A DNA stretch of 64,000 nucleotides from NCBI GenBank assembly GCA_002269645.1, contig NIVC01000265.1, positions 1-64,000 on the forward strand. Reading direction: 5' to 3'. Position 1 is the first letter of the stretch. Each line of letters starts with the position of its first letter. The position numbers and the translations under genes were made by a program. This stretch comes from Macrostomum lignano. Its lineage: Eukaryota. Positions 11,982 to 24,374 of this stretch are shown in pieces. The notes below the pieces were generated by a model. That model had not been told where the DNA came from and did not search any database. It saw only the letters and a list, made by a program, of their open reading frames with translations.

Positions 11982-14900
11982 ATGGCTGAAGGCGCAGAGA
12001 GACTGGCCTCTTCTGTCCAGCAGCTGCAGCTTGTAGAGGACGCACCTCTGGATCAGCCATCCTTGGTCGATTGGTCAAAATTCTCGTTGCGTAATGCTGA
12101 ACTTTTGCGCACAGTTGGCACCGGCACCTTCGGCCGTGTCATGGTCATCCGAGAGAAAAACACTGATGAATATTTTGCGCTGAAAATTCTAGTTATTGAC
12201 GATGTGATGCGATTGAAGCAGGTGGAGCATGTCAAGAATGAGAAAGCTATATTGAACACCGTGAGTCACCCATTCCTAGTGAAGCTGTACTGGACCAATC
12301 ACGACATTAAGTTTCTCTACATGGTGTTCGAGTTTGTCTGCGGCGGTGAGATATTCTCCTATTTAAGAACATCGGGTACTTTTTCTAATGCTGCCACGCT
12401 GTTCTATGCTGCGGAGATTCTGTCAGCTATCATGTACCTGCACGACATGTCAGTTGTGTATCGGGATCTGAAGCCGGAGAATCTGCTACTTGATGCTCGG
12501 GGTCATTTGAAGATCACGGACTTTGGTTTCGCTAAAGTGCTGAAGGATAGGACTTATACTATGTGCGGCACGCCCGAGTATCTGGGTGAGTTCTGGTAGC
12601 CTATTTTTTTGAGTTTCCATCCCAAATCCCCGATCTCCCATTTTCTCTCAGTTTTAACCGGGGGGGGGGTTGATTCTGAAGCAGGAGACTTCAAAGTACA
12701 AGCTTTTTGTTTTGCGTTAAATATTTAGCAAAATTTTTTCGGTGACTAAGCCGGAGAATCGGCCTTGGTGTCGGCTACTGCAGTAGATGCAATTTGATCT
12801 AAGGAATGAAATTTTGAATAAGGGTGAAAATTTTTTGTTGAAAAGGAGTGACATTTTGCAGCTAAAAAGGGGTGAGATTTTAGAGTCGAGGGGCTGAGAT
12901 TGTAGAGTCGAGTGGCTGAGATTGTAGAGTCGAGGGGCTGAGATTGTAGAGTCGAGGGGCTGAGATTGTAGAGTCGAGGGGGTGAGATTTTAGAGTCCAG
13001 GGGCTGAGATTTTAGAGTCCAGGGGCTGAGATTGTAGAGTCGAGGGGCTGAGATTTTAGAGTCGAGTTGCTGAGATTTTAGAGTCGAGGGGCTGATATTT
13101 GAGAATCGATGGGTGAGAGTTGAGAATTGAAGGTGTGAAATTTGAGAGTCAAGGGGTGAGATTTTAGAGTTGAGGGTGAGATTTTAGAGTCAAGGGGTGA
13201 GATTTTAGAGTTGAAGGTAGATTTTAGAGTCGAGGGGTGAGATTTTAGAGTCGAGGGGTGAGATTTTAGAGTTGAGGGTAGATTTTAGAGTCGAGGGGTG
13301 AGATTTTAGAGTTGAGAATTGAAGGTGTGAAATTTGAGAGTCGAGGGGTGAGATTTTAGAGTTGAGAATTGAAGGTGTGAAATTTGAGAGTTGAGGGGTG
13401 AGATTTTAGTAGCCTAAAGCGGTGAGATTTTGAAATGAATTAAAATAAAATGGTAGTTAAAATTTCAGGCAAAAAGTTGAACCATGATTAAAACTATTCA
13501 ACTAAAAGACTGCCAGAATAATATTTCAGCAGGAGAAAATGCGCTGTATATTGTATGCGATGTACTTTAGAGAGTACATTGAGAACAAACTGAGATATAT
13601 TGAGATTGGGAAATTAGTCAGCTGTTTCTAATCACAGAATTCCAGGTAGTTGCCTTCATTCGGGGCTATCTAAGGTCAATTTGAGCTGGAATTCTTTAAG
13701 GTCAATATTTAATTCTGCGCGAGTGTCACAGAGCATTGCTAGTGAAAATGGTTAGGCTTATAAAATTGTCTTGTATCTGTCCCTGCCCTGCATTTTTAAC
13801 CTAATTTATTTGGTGTAAAATATTTAAACCCCCTAGTTTAAATTGGCTTATCTAAATAGGGCGCTCGCTCAATGGAAAAATGTAATTGCGTAAATGACCG
13901 GTCATGAAGAAGGTCATGCGAAGGACAATTGGTCATATAAAATAAGTCAGTTCTTTTGTTTATGACTGATCATAAAATTGGTCATAGAGTTGCAATCACG
14001 GATCAAAAATTGGTCATGTGGATGCAATGATCGATCATAAAATTGGTCAGATGGATGCAATGATCGATCATAAAATTGGTCAGATGGGTGCAATGACCAA
14101 TCATAAAATTGGTCAGATGGATGCAATGATCGATCATAAAATTGGTCAGATGGATGCAATGATCGATCATAAAATTGGTCAGATGGATGCAATGATCGAT
14201 CATAAAATTGGTCAGATGGATGCAATGACCGAGCATAAAATTGGTCATAGAGTTGCGATGACCAGTCATACCATAAGCCTCTATCACCCACCAAGCACCC
14301 CTCAAAATGACTGTCTTCGCAGCGCCCGAGATCATCATGGGCAAGGGCTACAATCGCGCAGTTGACTACTGGGCTCTCGGTGTTCTCATCTACGAGATGC
14401 TGGTTGGAACTCCGCCATTTTACGACGACAGTCCCATGCAGATCTATCAAAAAATTCTCAATGGCCGGTTTGAGTTTCCCGTCTCGGCTCAAGCAGATCC
14501 TCAGGTTGGTATGATTTTCCATTTTTTAAAACAGTTTTCATTCTGGTTTTATAAGTGATTTACAACAATGTTTTTCATACTCGTAGTTAGGAAGTCATTA
14601 ATAATTCAAGTTGATTCTATCTAGAAAACGTTTGCTTTTTACCTACTAATGTGTACCTACTATTTTTTTAAATTTTGTCTACTCTAAGTAGACAAAAGTA
14701 GACTTATAATTTTTTTTAAAGATTTAATTTAAAAAAGCGGTAACTTGTCTATTTAGTCTACTGTAAGTAAAAATAGAAACATTTTTAGAAAATTGTTTTT
14801 TTCAAAAACGGTAACTTGCCTTTTTAGTCTACTGTAAGTAGAAATATAAACATTTAACTGCTATTTACATCGCAGGCCCGCGATCTAGTCCGCAAACTGC

Positions 14901-15142
14901 TAGTCCAAGACCGAACTAAACGCCTTGGCAACATGAAAAGCGGCGCCGAGGACGTCCGCTCTCATCGCTGGTTCCGCGGCCTCGACTGGGACCAGGTCTA
15001 TTCGAGGAAACTGGCGCCGCCCATCGTGCCGCAGGTGCAGCACCCGGGCGACACCAGCTGCTACGACAAGTACGAGGAGCAGGACTGGAAACGGGTGCCC
15101 TCGTCCAGCGCCATCGGCCAGGAGTATTTTCGTGACTTCTAA
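11982..15142 (+). CDS. PRKX: PRKX-type cAMP-dependent protein kinase catalytic subunit, 350 aa; exons 11982-12585, 14323-14504, 14876-15142
   Basis: Motifs [34 protein letters not shown]|[31 protein letters not shown] and the terminal F-x-x-F are typical of PRKX rather than PKA-C alpha. GT-AG junctions are in phase (604+182+267=1053 nt). Confidence 0.92.
12868..13430. repeat. About 22-bp minisatellite (gagattttagagtcgaggggct) in PRKX intron 1
   Basis: Read directly. Confidence 0.93.
13965..14255. repeat. 33-bp minisatellite (gatgcaatgatcgatcataaaattggtcagatg) in PRKX intron 1
   Basis: Read directly; source of the [11 protein letters not shown] pseudo-ORFs. Confidence 0.93.
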
Positions 15143-15326
15143 ATATTGGCCTCGATTGGATTGATTGATTAACAGACGATAGATTGATAGAGACTCAAAA
15201 CAGCACCAATGGTCCGCGATCTGATTGATGTATTCATTTTTTTGTCTAACTTTTAGGAATTTCGTTGATTTGTTTCTTTTTAGACTAATAATAATTGATT
15301 TCACCTGCCCTAATAGGCAGACATGT

Positions 15327-15509
15327 GACAGCTCAGCCGCAGCTATTGACAAGGACTGGGGGGTTGCCACACACGCCCTCAATTACCCCAGCTAATGCTG
15401 GCACCCATTTTACAGCTAAGTGAGCTGAAGCAATGCAGAGTTCAAGTGTCTTGCTCTCAAGGACACAGATTGTTCCGAGTGGGTCAAGAATCGAACCCCC
15501 GACCTTTCA
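15327..15509 (-). mobile_element. tRNA-derived SINE with CORE-like domain, 5'-truncated copy (family 1)
   Basis: Reverse complement matches 50152-50410: B box GGTTCGATTC and CORE-like tgtgtccttgag...gcaagacac...ctgtaaaatgggtgcc. Confidence 0.8.
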
Positions 15510-16680
15510 GGGTAAATGTTTAGATCCATAAAAGTGCTTTATAATATTCAACTTTCTTAAACTATTGTATAACTGTTCAAGTCTATAACTTGTGTAAACA
15601 GCTGAACATATTGAATACTGGCGTCGTGAATTGCAGATTGCAAACTATTATTTATCACCCATTGCACTTGCATCAGGACCAAAGCAGCCTTGAGTCAATC
15701 GATAAATGATTAATAATTTTCTTTTCTAATTATAGGCCATCTTTGTGTATATATATAATATCATTTTGAATATGAATTCTGCAACTATAACAAATGCAAT
15801 TAACAATTCGTGCAAATATTGGAATATGCAATCAAACAATATAATTTCTCAGTCACAATTTTCTTCTATTGAGCTTTTCTGTTTATCAGATTGTTTATTG
15901 TTTAATCTGGCTTCTAAATAGTGAAACTTGATAAATAAACGAAATGCGTTTTTTGTTTCTTTTTCTAAATTTTTGCCTTCATAACAAAAATTTGCGCCAA
16001 AGATTTGTTGTTGAATTTGTTTTTTTTTCCTGTCTCCCTGTTTGAATTTTGGCCTGCATGTTTTGTTATAATTTGTGTAAGTTTTATAATCTGCAATTTA
16101 TTGAAGGTTGTCACCCGTTGGATTGTTCATGAATGGCAGTTTACCAAATTTCTATGGTCAAAATATTCTTTATTCAATGTACTTATGCCAGGTATGTAGG
16201 TTTGCTGTGCCCCCCCCCCCTACCTCAAATAATCTTTGCTTCAATTATAATCTTATAATCAATTTTCAATCCCTTCGTTAACAAGCGGTTTATTTGGTTG
16301 TAAATTTTACCGAAATTTTCTTATAGCCTACTGACTATATTCAAGTAGTATCGTAGCCTTTTCTCCCTCAAATGTACTTACAAATTAAAAAGTACTATAT
16401 GATTTTTGCCTATGTATCACTTAAAACCTATGCAGATTATTTTAGTATTTATTTACAAATATATGTTGCAAAAAAACGTATCTAACATTGCGTACAGATC
16501 TCTGACTGACCTGTTCTAAAAATATAAATTGAAACAAACTGTAATCCATTTAAACCGACTTTATTTTTATTTTTTATTTAAATAATAATACACAAAAGAC
16601 TTACAACAATTGTCTGTAAAATATTGTATAAGCATGAGATAACAGCATTGTGTAGTACTGTACTGTCTTTGTAGCCTTAC

Positions 16681-18911
16681 TTAATCGATATTGACAGCCT
16701 TGAGTTGTGGTCTTATGCTCGCTTGTCTTGGCGTGCCTGCGAAAAGCAGAAGTTTATTGATTCTCTGTGTGAGTTCATAACTCGATGTGGGATCAAAACC
16801 CTGAAAAATCTCATCTCAAATCGATGGAAGTCCTACAAAATTTCATCTCAAATCAATCAAAACCCTACAAAATCTCACCTCAAATCGATCAAAATCTTAC
16901 AAAATCTCATCTCAAAGTGATCAAAGTCCTACAGAATCTCATCTCAAATCAATCAAAACCCTACAAAATCTCACCTCAAATCGATCAAAATCTTACAAAA
17001 TCTCATCTCAAATCGATCAAAATCTTACAAAATCTCATCGCAAATTAATCAAAACCCTACAAAATCTTATCCCAAACTGATCAATTTGGCTCACCTCCAG
17101 CGACCTCTGCCACTCGACCCTGTAGTAGCTCCACCGCGGCTTGTCGTTGATGTTGCAGAGCTGCAGGCAGCGCACTGGTTGCTGGCCAAACTGGCTGTAC
17201 ATCAGCGGCATCCACAGATCGTCTTGGATTTTCAGGCCTCCTGAGAATTTTGAGTTTTTATGTCCCTGTTAGATTTCAGTTGACACCTGTTAGATTTTGA
17301 TTGTCACATGTTAGGTTTTGGTCGTCACCTGTTAGATTTTGGTTGTCACTTGTTAGATTTTTATTGTTACCTGTTAAATTTTGGTTTTCACCTGTTAGAT
17401 TTTGGTTGTCACCTGTTAGGTTTTGGTTGACCCCTGTTAGATTTTGATTGTCACCTGTTAAATTTTGATTGCCACCTGTTAGATTTTGGTTGTCACATGT
17501 TAGATTTTGAATGTCACATGTTAGATTTTGAATGTCACATGTTAGATTTTGAATGTCGCATGTTAGATTTTGATTGTCACCTGTTAGATTTTGGTTGACA
17601 CCTGTTAGATTTTGATTGTCATCCGTTAAATTTTGATTGCCACCTGTTAAATTTTGGTTTTAACCTGTTAGATTTTGGTTGACACCTATTAGATTTTGGT
17701 GGTATCTGTTAGATTTTGGTGGTATCTGTTAGATTTTGGTGGTATCTGTTAGATTTTGGTGGTATCTGTTAGATTTTGCGGGCACCAGTTAGTCTCAGCT
17801 GTAAACCTGAGCCCAAATCCTCAGCCCTATGCACTCACTCGCAACCTGATCTTCGTTATACTTAAACACCGTGATCTGGCCAACGAAGCTTTTCTGCGGC
17901 AGCACGTGGACCCCAGACGCCAACAGGGCGCTTCGAATTGTGGCTGAAATATGAAAGTGATAATTATTTGACAGGTACCTTATTAGATAATTATGTAACA
18001 GGTAGCTCCAATGTTTAATTATAATGATCGCTACTAACTGGACACATCTTTGAGAGTTCGCAGAGCGTCATCGTTGAACACCTGCATGTACAGTTCCGTC
18101 TCGTTCAGCAGTCCGAGTCCTTGGAAGGTCAGCACGAGGCCGTCTTGTACTAAACGGCTGATTTTGTCGTGGTAGAGATCGAGGATGTGCTTCACCCTGA
18201 GGAGCAACACGCGAATGACATCAGACGCAATAGAGAGGCGGTTTTTTGAGGTCTGAGCTTCAGGGGCGATTTTGGTTCAGGTTGGAGCTTCAGGGGCGAT
18301 TTTGGTTCAGGTTGGAGCTTCAGGGGCGATTTTGGTTCAGGTTGGAGCTTCAGGGGCGATTTTGGCTCAGGTTGGAGCTTCAGGGGCGATTTTGGTTCAG
18401 GTTGGAGCTTCAGGGGCGATTTTGCTTCAGGTTGGAGCTTCAGGGGCGATTTTGATTCAGGTTGGAGCTTCAGGGGCGATTTTGCTTCAGGTTGGAGCTT
18501 CAGGGGCGATTTTGATTCAGGTTGGAGCTTCAGGGGCGATTTTGATTCAGGTTGGAGCTTCAGGGGCGATTTTGGTTCAGGTTGGAGCTTCAGGACATGT
18601 ACATGTATTCCGACGTTACTGATCTATTAAATATTGAAGCGATCAACATAGTCACAAGATGTTTAGGAAGTGACCATGAATTATAATTACTTTTCCATCT
18701 CCTCGTCAGTTCGAATGCACAGATTTGCTACGAGCAGGTGAGTTGAGTACAGATCAACCATGGCTTTGCGCAGATCGTGTTTCTGATAGAACGCATTGGT
18801 GTAGATTGTCTCCTGCAGTTTGCGCATCGCGTCCACAATCTGCAGTTTCGTGGTATCGAATAATTGTTTTTTTGGCAGATTGTTTGATAGACCTTGTACT
18901 GTCTGACTTAG
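16681..18911 (-). CDS. AKAP7/AKAP18-like 2H-phosphoesterase (2'-5' RNA ligase-like) domain protein, at least 249 aa, catalytic motifs degenerate; exons 18911-18691, 18196-18039, 17943-17839, 17240-17095, 16800-16681; 5' end unresolved
   Basis: Five short exons join with GT-AG sites and consistent phases (2,1,1,0). Translation LRKAMVDLYSTHLLV...LVLTFQGLGLL...KSFVGQITVFK...QFGQQPVRCLQLC...SYY is colinear with the AKAP7 central domain as I recall it (LAKAMV.DGSFHITL...LTLPFQGIGTF...RSFKPHLTFMK...RFGEEILYRIDLC...GYY). Confidence 0.8.
16800..17075. repeat. About 32-bp minisatellite (aaatcgatcaaaatcttacaaaatctcatctc), intronic
   Basis: Read directly. Confidence 0.9.
17265..17778. repeat. 21-bp minisatellite (ctgttagattttggttgtcac), intronic
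   Basis: Read directly. Confidence 0.93.
18255..18593. repeat. 30-bp minisatellite (ggttggagcttcaggggcgattttggttca), intronic
   Basis: Read directly; about 11 copies. Confidence 0.95.
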
Positions 18912-18944
18912 CTATGCATGTCTGTGAGAGTCTTCATAATAGCA

Positions 18945-19432
18945 TTTCTATAGTGTAATATCTGTGTTGAGTCTATAGAATAACATCTCTATAGTGTAAT
19001 ATCTGTGTTGAGTCTACAGAATAGCATCTCTATAGTGTAATATCTGTGTTGAGTCTACAGAATAGCATCTCTATAGTGTAATATCTGTGTTGAGTCTACA
19101 GAATAGCATCTCTATAGTGTAATATCTGTGACAGTCTACAGAATAGCATCTCTATAGTGTAATATCTGTGTTGAGTCTACAGAATAGCATCTCTATAGTG
19201 TAATATCTGTGTTGAGTCTACAGAATAGCATCTCTATAGTGTAATATCTGTGACAGTCTACAGAATAGCATCTCTATAGTGTAATATCAGTGACAGTTTA
19301 CAGAATAGCATCTCTATAGTGTAATATCTGTGACAGTCTACAGAATAGCATCTCTATAGTGTAATATCTGTGACAGTCTACAGAATAGCATCTCTATAGT
19401 GTAATATCTGTGACAGTCTACAGAATAACATC
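18945..19432. repeat. 40-41-bp minisatellite (agaatagcatctctatagtgtaatatctgtgttgagtctac)
   Basis: Read directly; begins just beyond the acceptor at 18912. Confidence 0.95.
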
Positions 19433-20475
19433 TATGATACATGTAGTTGTGACAATCTATAGAACGTTACATCACAAATACAATACGCTCGTACATATAC
19501 AAAAACAGCTGTTGTGACTGCACTGTCTATAAAAGTAGCGTTTCAGTAATTTATTAAGCTCTAAATATTAAAGCTCAAATTTAAGTGAGCTACTGCCACA
19601 CATTACCTGTTGATTGTTGACTGGAAAGCAAATAATATGAGTTGTCTCTCGCATTGTTAACTAATTAATTAATTAGTTAGTTAAATTGCCTGTTGGATTT
19701 GAACCTGTGAACTTGTACAGTTTGAGAGCTACGCAACTTTCTGCAACCAGGTGTGCTTGCAAGCATTTAAGCTGGGCTGCACCTTCTTATCGCTGAGAAA
19801 CTTTTCTACCCAAACCCGTCTGGCCCCGGCAGTTGCTAGGGGCCACCATTCTTACAGATTGCATTCTATACAGCTTCTATATAGTCATTTCCATTTCTGC
19901 AGAGCTGCATAAAATGGATGGAAATTGCACTTAGTAAGGCATTTTCTCTGTCAGCTCTTTACCTCTCCCGACGGGCGCTCGGCCTCGCCCTCAGCCTCAG
20001 TCTGCATCATGCCTTTATAAAAGTTTTTGCCAATTTTAGCTGCAGAAATTGTGATGGGGCTTTTTTATACATGTATACCCTGCCGTTCCGGACTAGACTG
20101 AAAAAGTGCATCCCAAAATAGATTGTTATATTAGTATAGAAGCTATTTTGAATTCTGTAACCCATAAGAAAGTTTTAAATACGTGTAATTAATTTAAATC
20201 TACGCAACAAAAAAGGTACCATGCACACTCTTTCGTACAGCACTACTCGTTGGCCATCAGCAGTAGTAAAGCCAGGAACATATTTTACTTATAGTTTTAC
20301 AATCGAAACGATTTCAGGGCGTTATTCGCCGTGAAAATCTTGTGAGAATATTCTCACGCCTTGCTTAAACCGTATATTATTCAGAACACTGCCATTAGAT
20401 GGAGTCACTATGTGTAACAAAAAGTAGAACTCAACACTTTGAGCAAAACATATAATCAGACTCAAATCTGAAACC

Positions 20476-23400
20476 ATGGGCGCCAGATCGACAAAAGCTA
20501 AAATACTTCGCTGGTTGGTTTTTATGGGCGGCGTCAGCGCTTTGATCTCCGGTATTGGATCCTTGATCTTGAATTTCTGGCGTATGGGAGAGTGCAGCAC
20601 CAATTCTGCATGCAAGTGGCACCAGGGAATGCCGTGGACTTATCACAGCTACGTCGGTGAGTCTGCGCTAGTGAGCAAATATAATGTTCAGGGTGAAGAT
20701 TGCAGCCTCAGTCCTGATTATTCAGGGTGAAGATTGCAGCCTCAGTCCTGATTATTCAGGGTGAAGATTGTAGCCTCGAGTCCTGATTATTCAGGGTGAA
20801 GATTGCAGCCTCAGTCCTGATTATTCAGGGTGAAGATTGCAGCCTCAGTCCTGATTATTCAGGGTGAAGATTGCAGCCTCAGTCCTGATTATTCAGGGTG
20901 AAGATTGTAGCCTCACTCCTGATTATTCAGGGTGAAGATTGTAGCCTCAGTCCTGATTATTCAGGGTGAAGATTGTAGCCTCAGTCCTGATTAATCAGGG
21001 TGAAGATTGTAGCCTCAGTCCTGATTATTCAGGGTGAAGATTGTAGCCTCAGTCCTGATTATTCAGGGTGAAGATTGCAGCCTCAGTCCTGATTATTCAG
21101 GGTGAAGATTGCAGCCTCACTCCTGATTATTCAGGGTGAAGATTGCAGCCTCAGTCCTGATTATTCAGGGTGAAGATTGTAGCCTCAGTCCTGATTATTC
21201 AGGGTGAAGATTGTAGCCTCAGTCCTGATTATTCAGGGTGAAGATTGTAGCCTCAGTCCTGATTATTCAGGGTGAAGATTGTAGCCTCACTCCTGATTAT
21301 TCAGGGTGAAGATTGCAGCCTCACTCCTGATTATTCAGGGTGAAGATTGCAGCCTCACTCCTGATTATTCAGGGTGAAGATTGCAGCCTCAGTCCTGATT
21401 ATTCAGGGTGAAGATTGCAGCCTCAGTCCTGATTATTCAGGGTGAAGATTGTAGCCTCAGTCCTGATTATTCAGGGTGAAGATTGTAGCCTCAGTCCTGA
21501 TTATTCAGGGTGAAGATTGTAGCCTCAGTCCTGATTATTCAGGGTGAAGATTGTAGCCTCAGTCCTGATTATTCAGGGTGAAGATTGTAGCCTCAGTCCT
21601 GATTATTCAGGGTGAAGATTGTAGCCTCAGTCCTGAATATTCAGGGTGAAGATTGTAGCCTCAGTCCTGATTATTCAGGGTGAAGATTGTAGCCTCAGTC
21701 CTGATTATTCAGGGTGAAGATTGTAGCCTCAGTCCTGATTATTCAGGGTGAAGATTGTAGCCTCAGTCCTGAATATTCAGGGTGAAGATTGTAGCCTCAG
21801 TCCTGATTATTCAGGGTGAAGATTGCAGCCTCAGTCCTGATTATTCAGGGTAAAGATTTTAGGCTCAGTCCTGATTATTCAGGGTGAAGATTGCAGCCTC
21901 AGTCCTGATTATTCAGGGTGAAGATTGTAGCCTCAGTCCTGATTATTCAGGGTGAAGATTGTAGCCTTGAGTCCTGATTATTCAGGGTGAGATTGTAGCC
22001 TCAGTCCTGAATATTCAGGGTGAAGATTGTAGCCTCAGTCCTGATTATTCAGGGTGAAGATTGTAGCCTCAGTCCTGAATATTCAGGGTGAAGATTGTAG
22101 CCTCAGTCCTGAATATTCAGGGTGAAGATTGTAGCCTCAGTCCTGATTATTCAGGGTGAAGATTGTAGCCTCAGTCCTGAATATTCAGGGTGAAGATTGT
22201 AGCCTCACTCCTGATTATTCAGGGTGAAGATTGTAGCCTCAGTCCTGATTATTCAGGGTGAAGATTGCAGCCTCAGTCCTGATTATTCAGGGTGAAGATT
22301 GTAGCCTCAGTCCTGATTATTCAGGGTGAAGATTGTAGCCTCACTCCTGATTATTCAGGGTGAAGATTGTAGCCTCAGTCCTGATTATTCAGGGTGAAGA
22401 TTGTAGCCTCAGTCCTGATTATTCAGGGTGAAGATTGTAGCCTCACTCCTGATTATTCAGGGTGAAGATTGTAGCCTCAGTCCTGAATATTCAGGGTGAA
22501 GATTGCAGCCTCAGTCCTGATTATTCAGGGTGAAGATTGTAGCCTCAGTCCTGATTATTCAGGGTGAAGATTGCAGCCTCAGTCCTGATTATTCAGGGTG
22601 AAGATTGTAGCCTCAGTCATGAATATTCAGGGTGAAGATTGCAGCCTCAGTCCTGATTATTCAGGGTAAAGATTTTAGGCTCAGTCCTGAATATTCAGGG
22701 TGAAGATTGCAGCCTCAGTCCTGACAATATTCAGGGTCAAGATTGCGGCCTCAGTCCTGACAATATTCAGGGTCAAGATTGCGGCCTCAGTCCTGACAAT
22801 ATTCAGGGTCAAGATTGCAGCCTCAATCCTGACAATATTCAGGGTGAAGATTGCAGGCTCAGACCTGAGTATTCAGGATGAAGTTTGTAGTCTTAGTCAT
22901 GAATATTCAGGATGAAGTTTGTAGTCTTAGTCATGAATATTCAGGATTAAGATTGTAGTCTTAGTCCTGAATATTCAGGATGAAGTTTGTAGTCTTAGTC
23001 CTGAATATTCAGGATGAAGTTTGTAGTCTTAGTCATGAATATTCAGGATGAAGTTTGTAGTCTTAGTCATGAACATTCAGGATGAAGTTTGTAGTCTTAG
23101 TCATGAATATTCAGGATGAAGTTTGTAGTCTTAGTCATGAATATTCAGAATGAAGACTAACAACCAAAGTTTGTAAAACTCTACCAAGAATTCTGGTTAG
23201 TTTGGTAGACTCTCCAAATATTCAATTTTTATTGCTTGCAGCTTAATAATAATGATGAAGAGCAACCGCAAATAAATAATTGCAATCAATCCGCAGCATT
23301 CCCATTGGCGGTGCTGATATTTGCTGTCCTGTCCCTGCTGGTAGTCCTGGTCGTGATAATCATTGTCCTAGTAGAGCTGTGCACTCCAAGAGTTAAACTC

Positions 23401-23628
23401 AACGTTCGAGTCATGTGGTCGGTCGTGATCCTGCTAATCGTGTCAGGTGTACTGTTCCTCATCACCTGGATTCTGTACATCATCTGGTCGGACTATCAAG
23501 GAGGCTACCCGGCATTCAGCTTCTGGTTCTGGGTGATGGCCAATATAAATTTATTCCTGAGCGCCCCGGTGTACCGGCTGGCTATGAAGTGGGACGAGCA
23601 GCGCGGCACCAAACGAGGATTCCGTTGA
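20476..23628 (+). CDS. Claudin/PMP22-like four-TM protein, about 193 aa; exons 20476-20670, 23242-23628
   Basis: Four hydrophobic segments. W...GMPW after TM1 resembles the claudin W-GLW motif, and AFSFWFW starts TM4. Donor CTA|GTGAGC (phase 0) joins acceptor ttttattgcttgcag| at 23242. Confidence 0.7.
20685..23150. repeat. 34-bp minisatellite (cagggtgaagattgtagcctcagtcctgattatt), about 70 copies, fills the claudin-like intron
   Basis: Read directly; units diverge toward the 3' end; no spacers. Confidence 0.97.
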
Positions 23629-24374
23629 CTTTTTTCTGACTAACAAACAATATTAAACTGCCGAGTGATCAACATGCTACTCATAACAGTAATATAACAA
23701 GATAAAGCAACAATTCTAAATGATAAAAATTCACTCAAAAATTGCTGAAATTAAAACTAACACTTGATCACCATTTAGATTGTGTTCGATATGTACACGG
23801 GCGATGCAATTCCTAAAATAAATATTCAACTACTTTTTTCGTATTTTTGTTTTTCATATTAATTTTCTAAAAACACATAGAGTAAAGAACACGGATTATT
23901 GCAAGTAATATAGTGGATTTAATGTTGATTTTTTTTCAATAGACGTATATATTTACAGCGATTGATGCTTGAAAATTTGTGTCAAAAAGTTTGATAGACA
24001 TGAAAATGGAGAACATTTTACTTGTGTGTGTATATATATATATATATATGAAACATTATTTATTTTATTATAATAAATGCCCTAGAAAAATACAAAGACC
24101 GAATATAAAAAATATTGTTGAACTAGCTTATAAAAAACTGACTTTTTAAAAATCATATTCAGCTGCCACTACTATAAGACATCCAAATGCGGTGTTAATA
24201 AAATAAAATTCAATTTAGTTTAGGAAGTGTAAGTTTAACAAACGGGCATTTGGCAAATGCACAGCTATAAATTGGCTAAAATGTAGAGATTAAAACATGG
24301 GAAAGGCCAGAGAGATAAGAGATAAGAGAAAGAGAGACTGAGATAAGATCTGAAACTGAGATGAGAGGCCTTAG

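Noticed and set aside
13947-14365. ORFs overlapping the 33-bp array
   Set aside because: Repeat translation or antisense to PRKX exon 2
14900-15382. 160-aa minus-strand ORF
   Set aside because: Antisense shadow of PRKX exon 3 plus SINE sequence
19690-19740. B-box-like GGTTCAAATCC on the minus strand
   Set aside because: No A box or cloverleaf; at most a SINE fragment
20685-23150. CRISPR-like appearance (34-bp repeat)
   Set aside because: Units are contiguous with no unique spacers, there are no cas genes, and the context is a eukaryotic intron; the same applies to the other arrays
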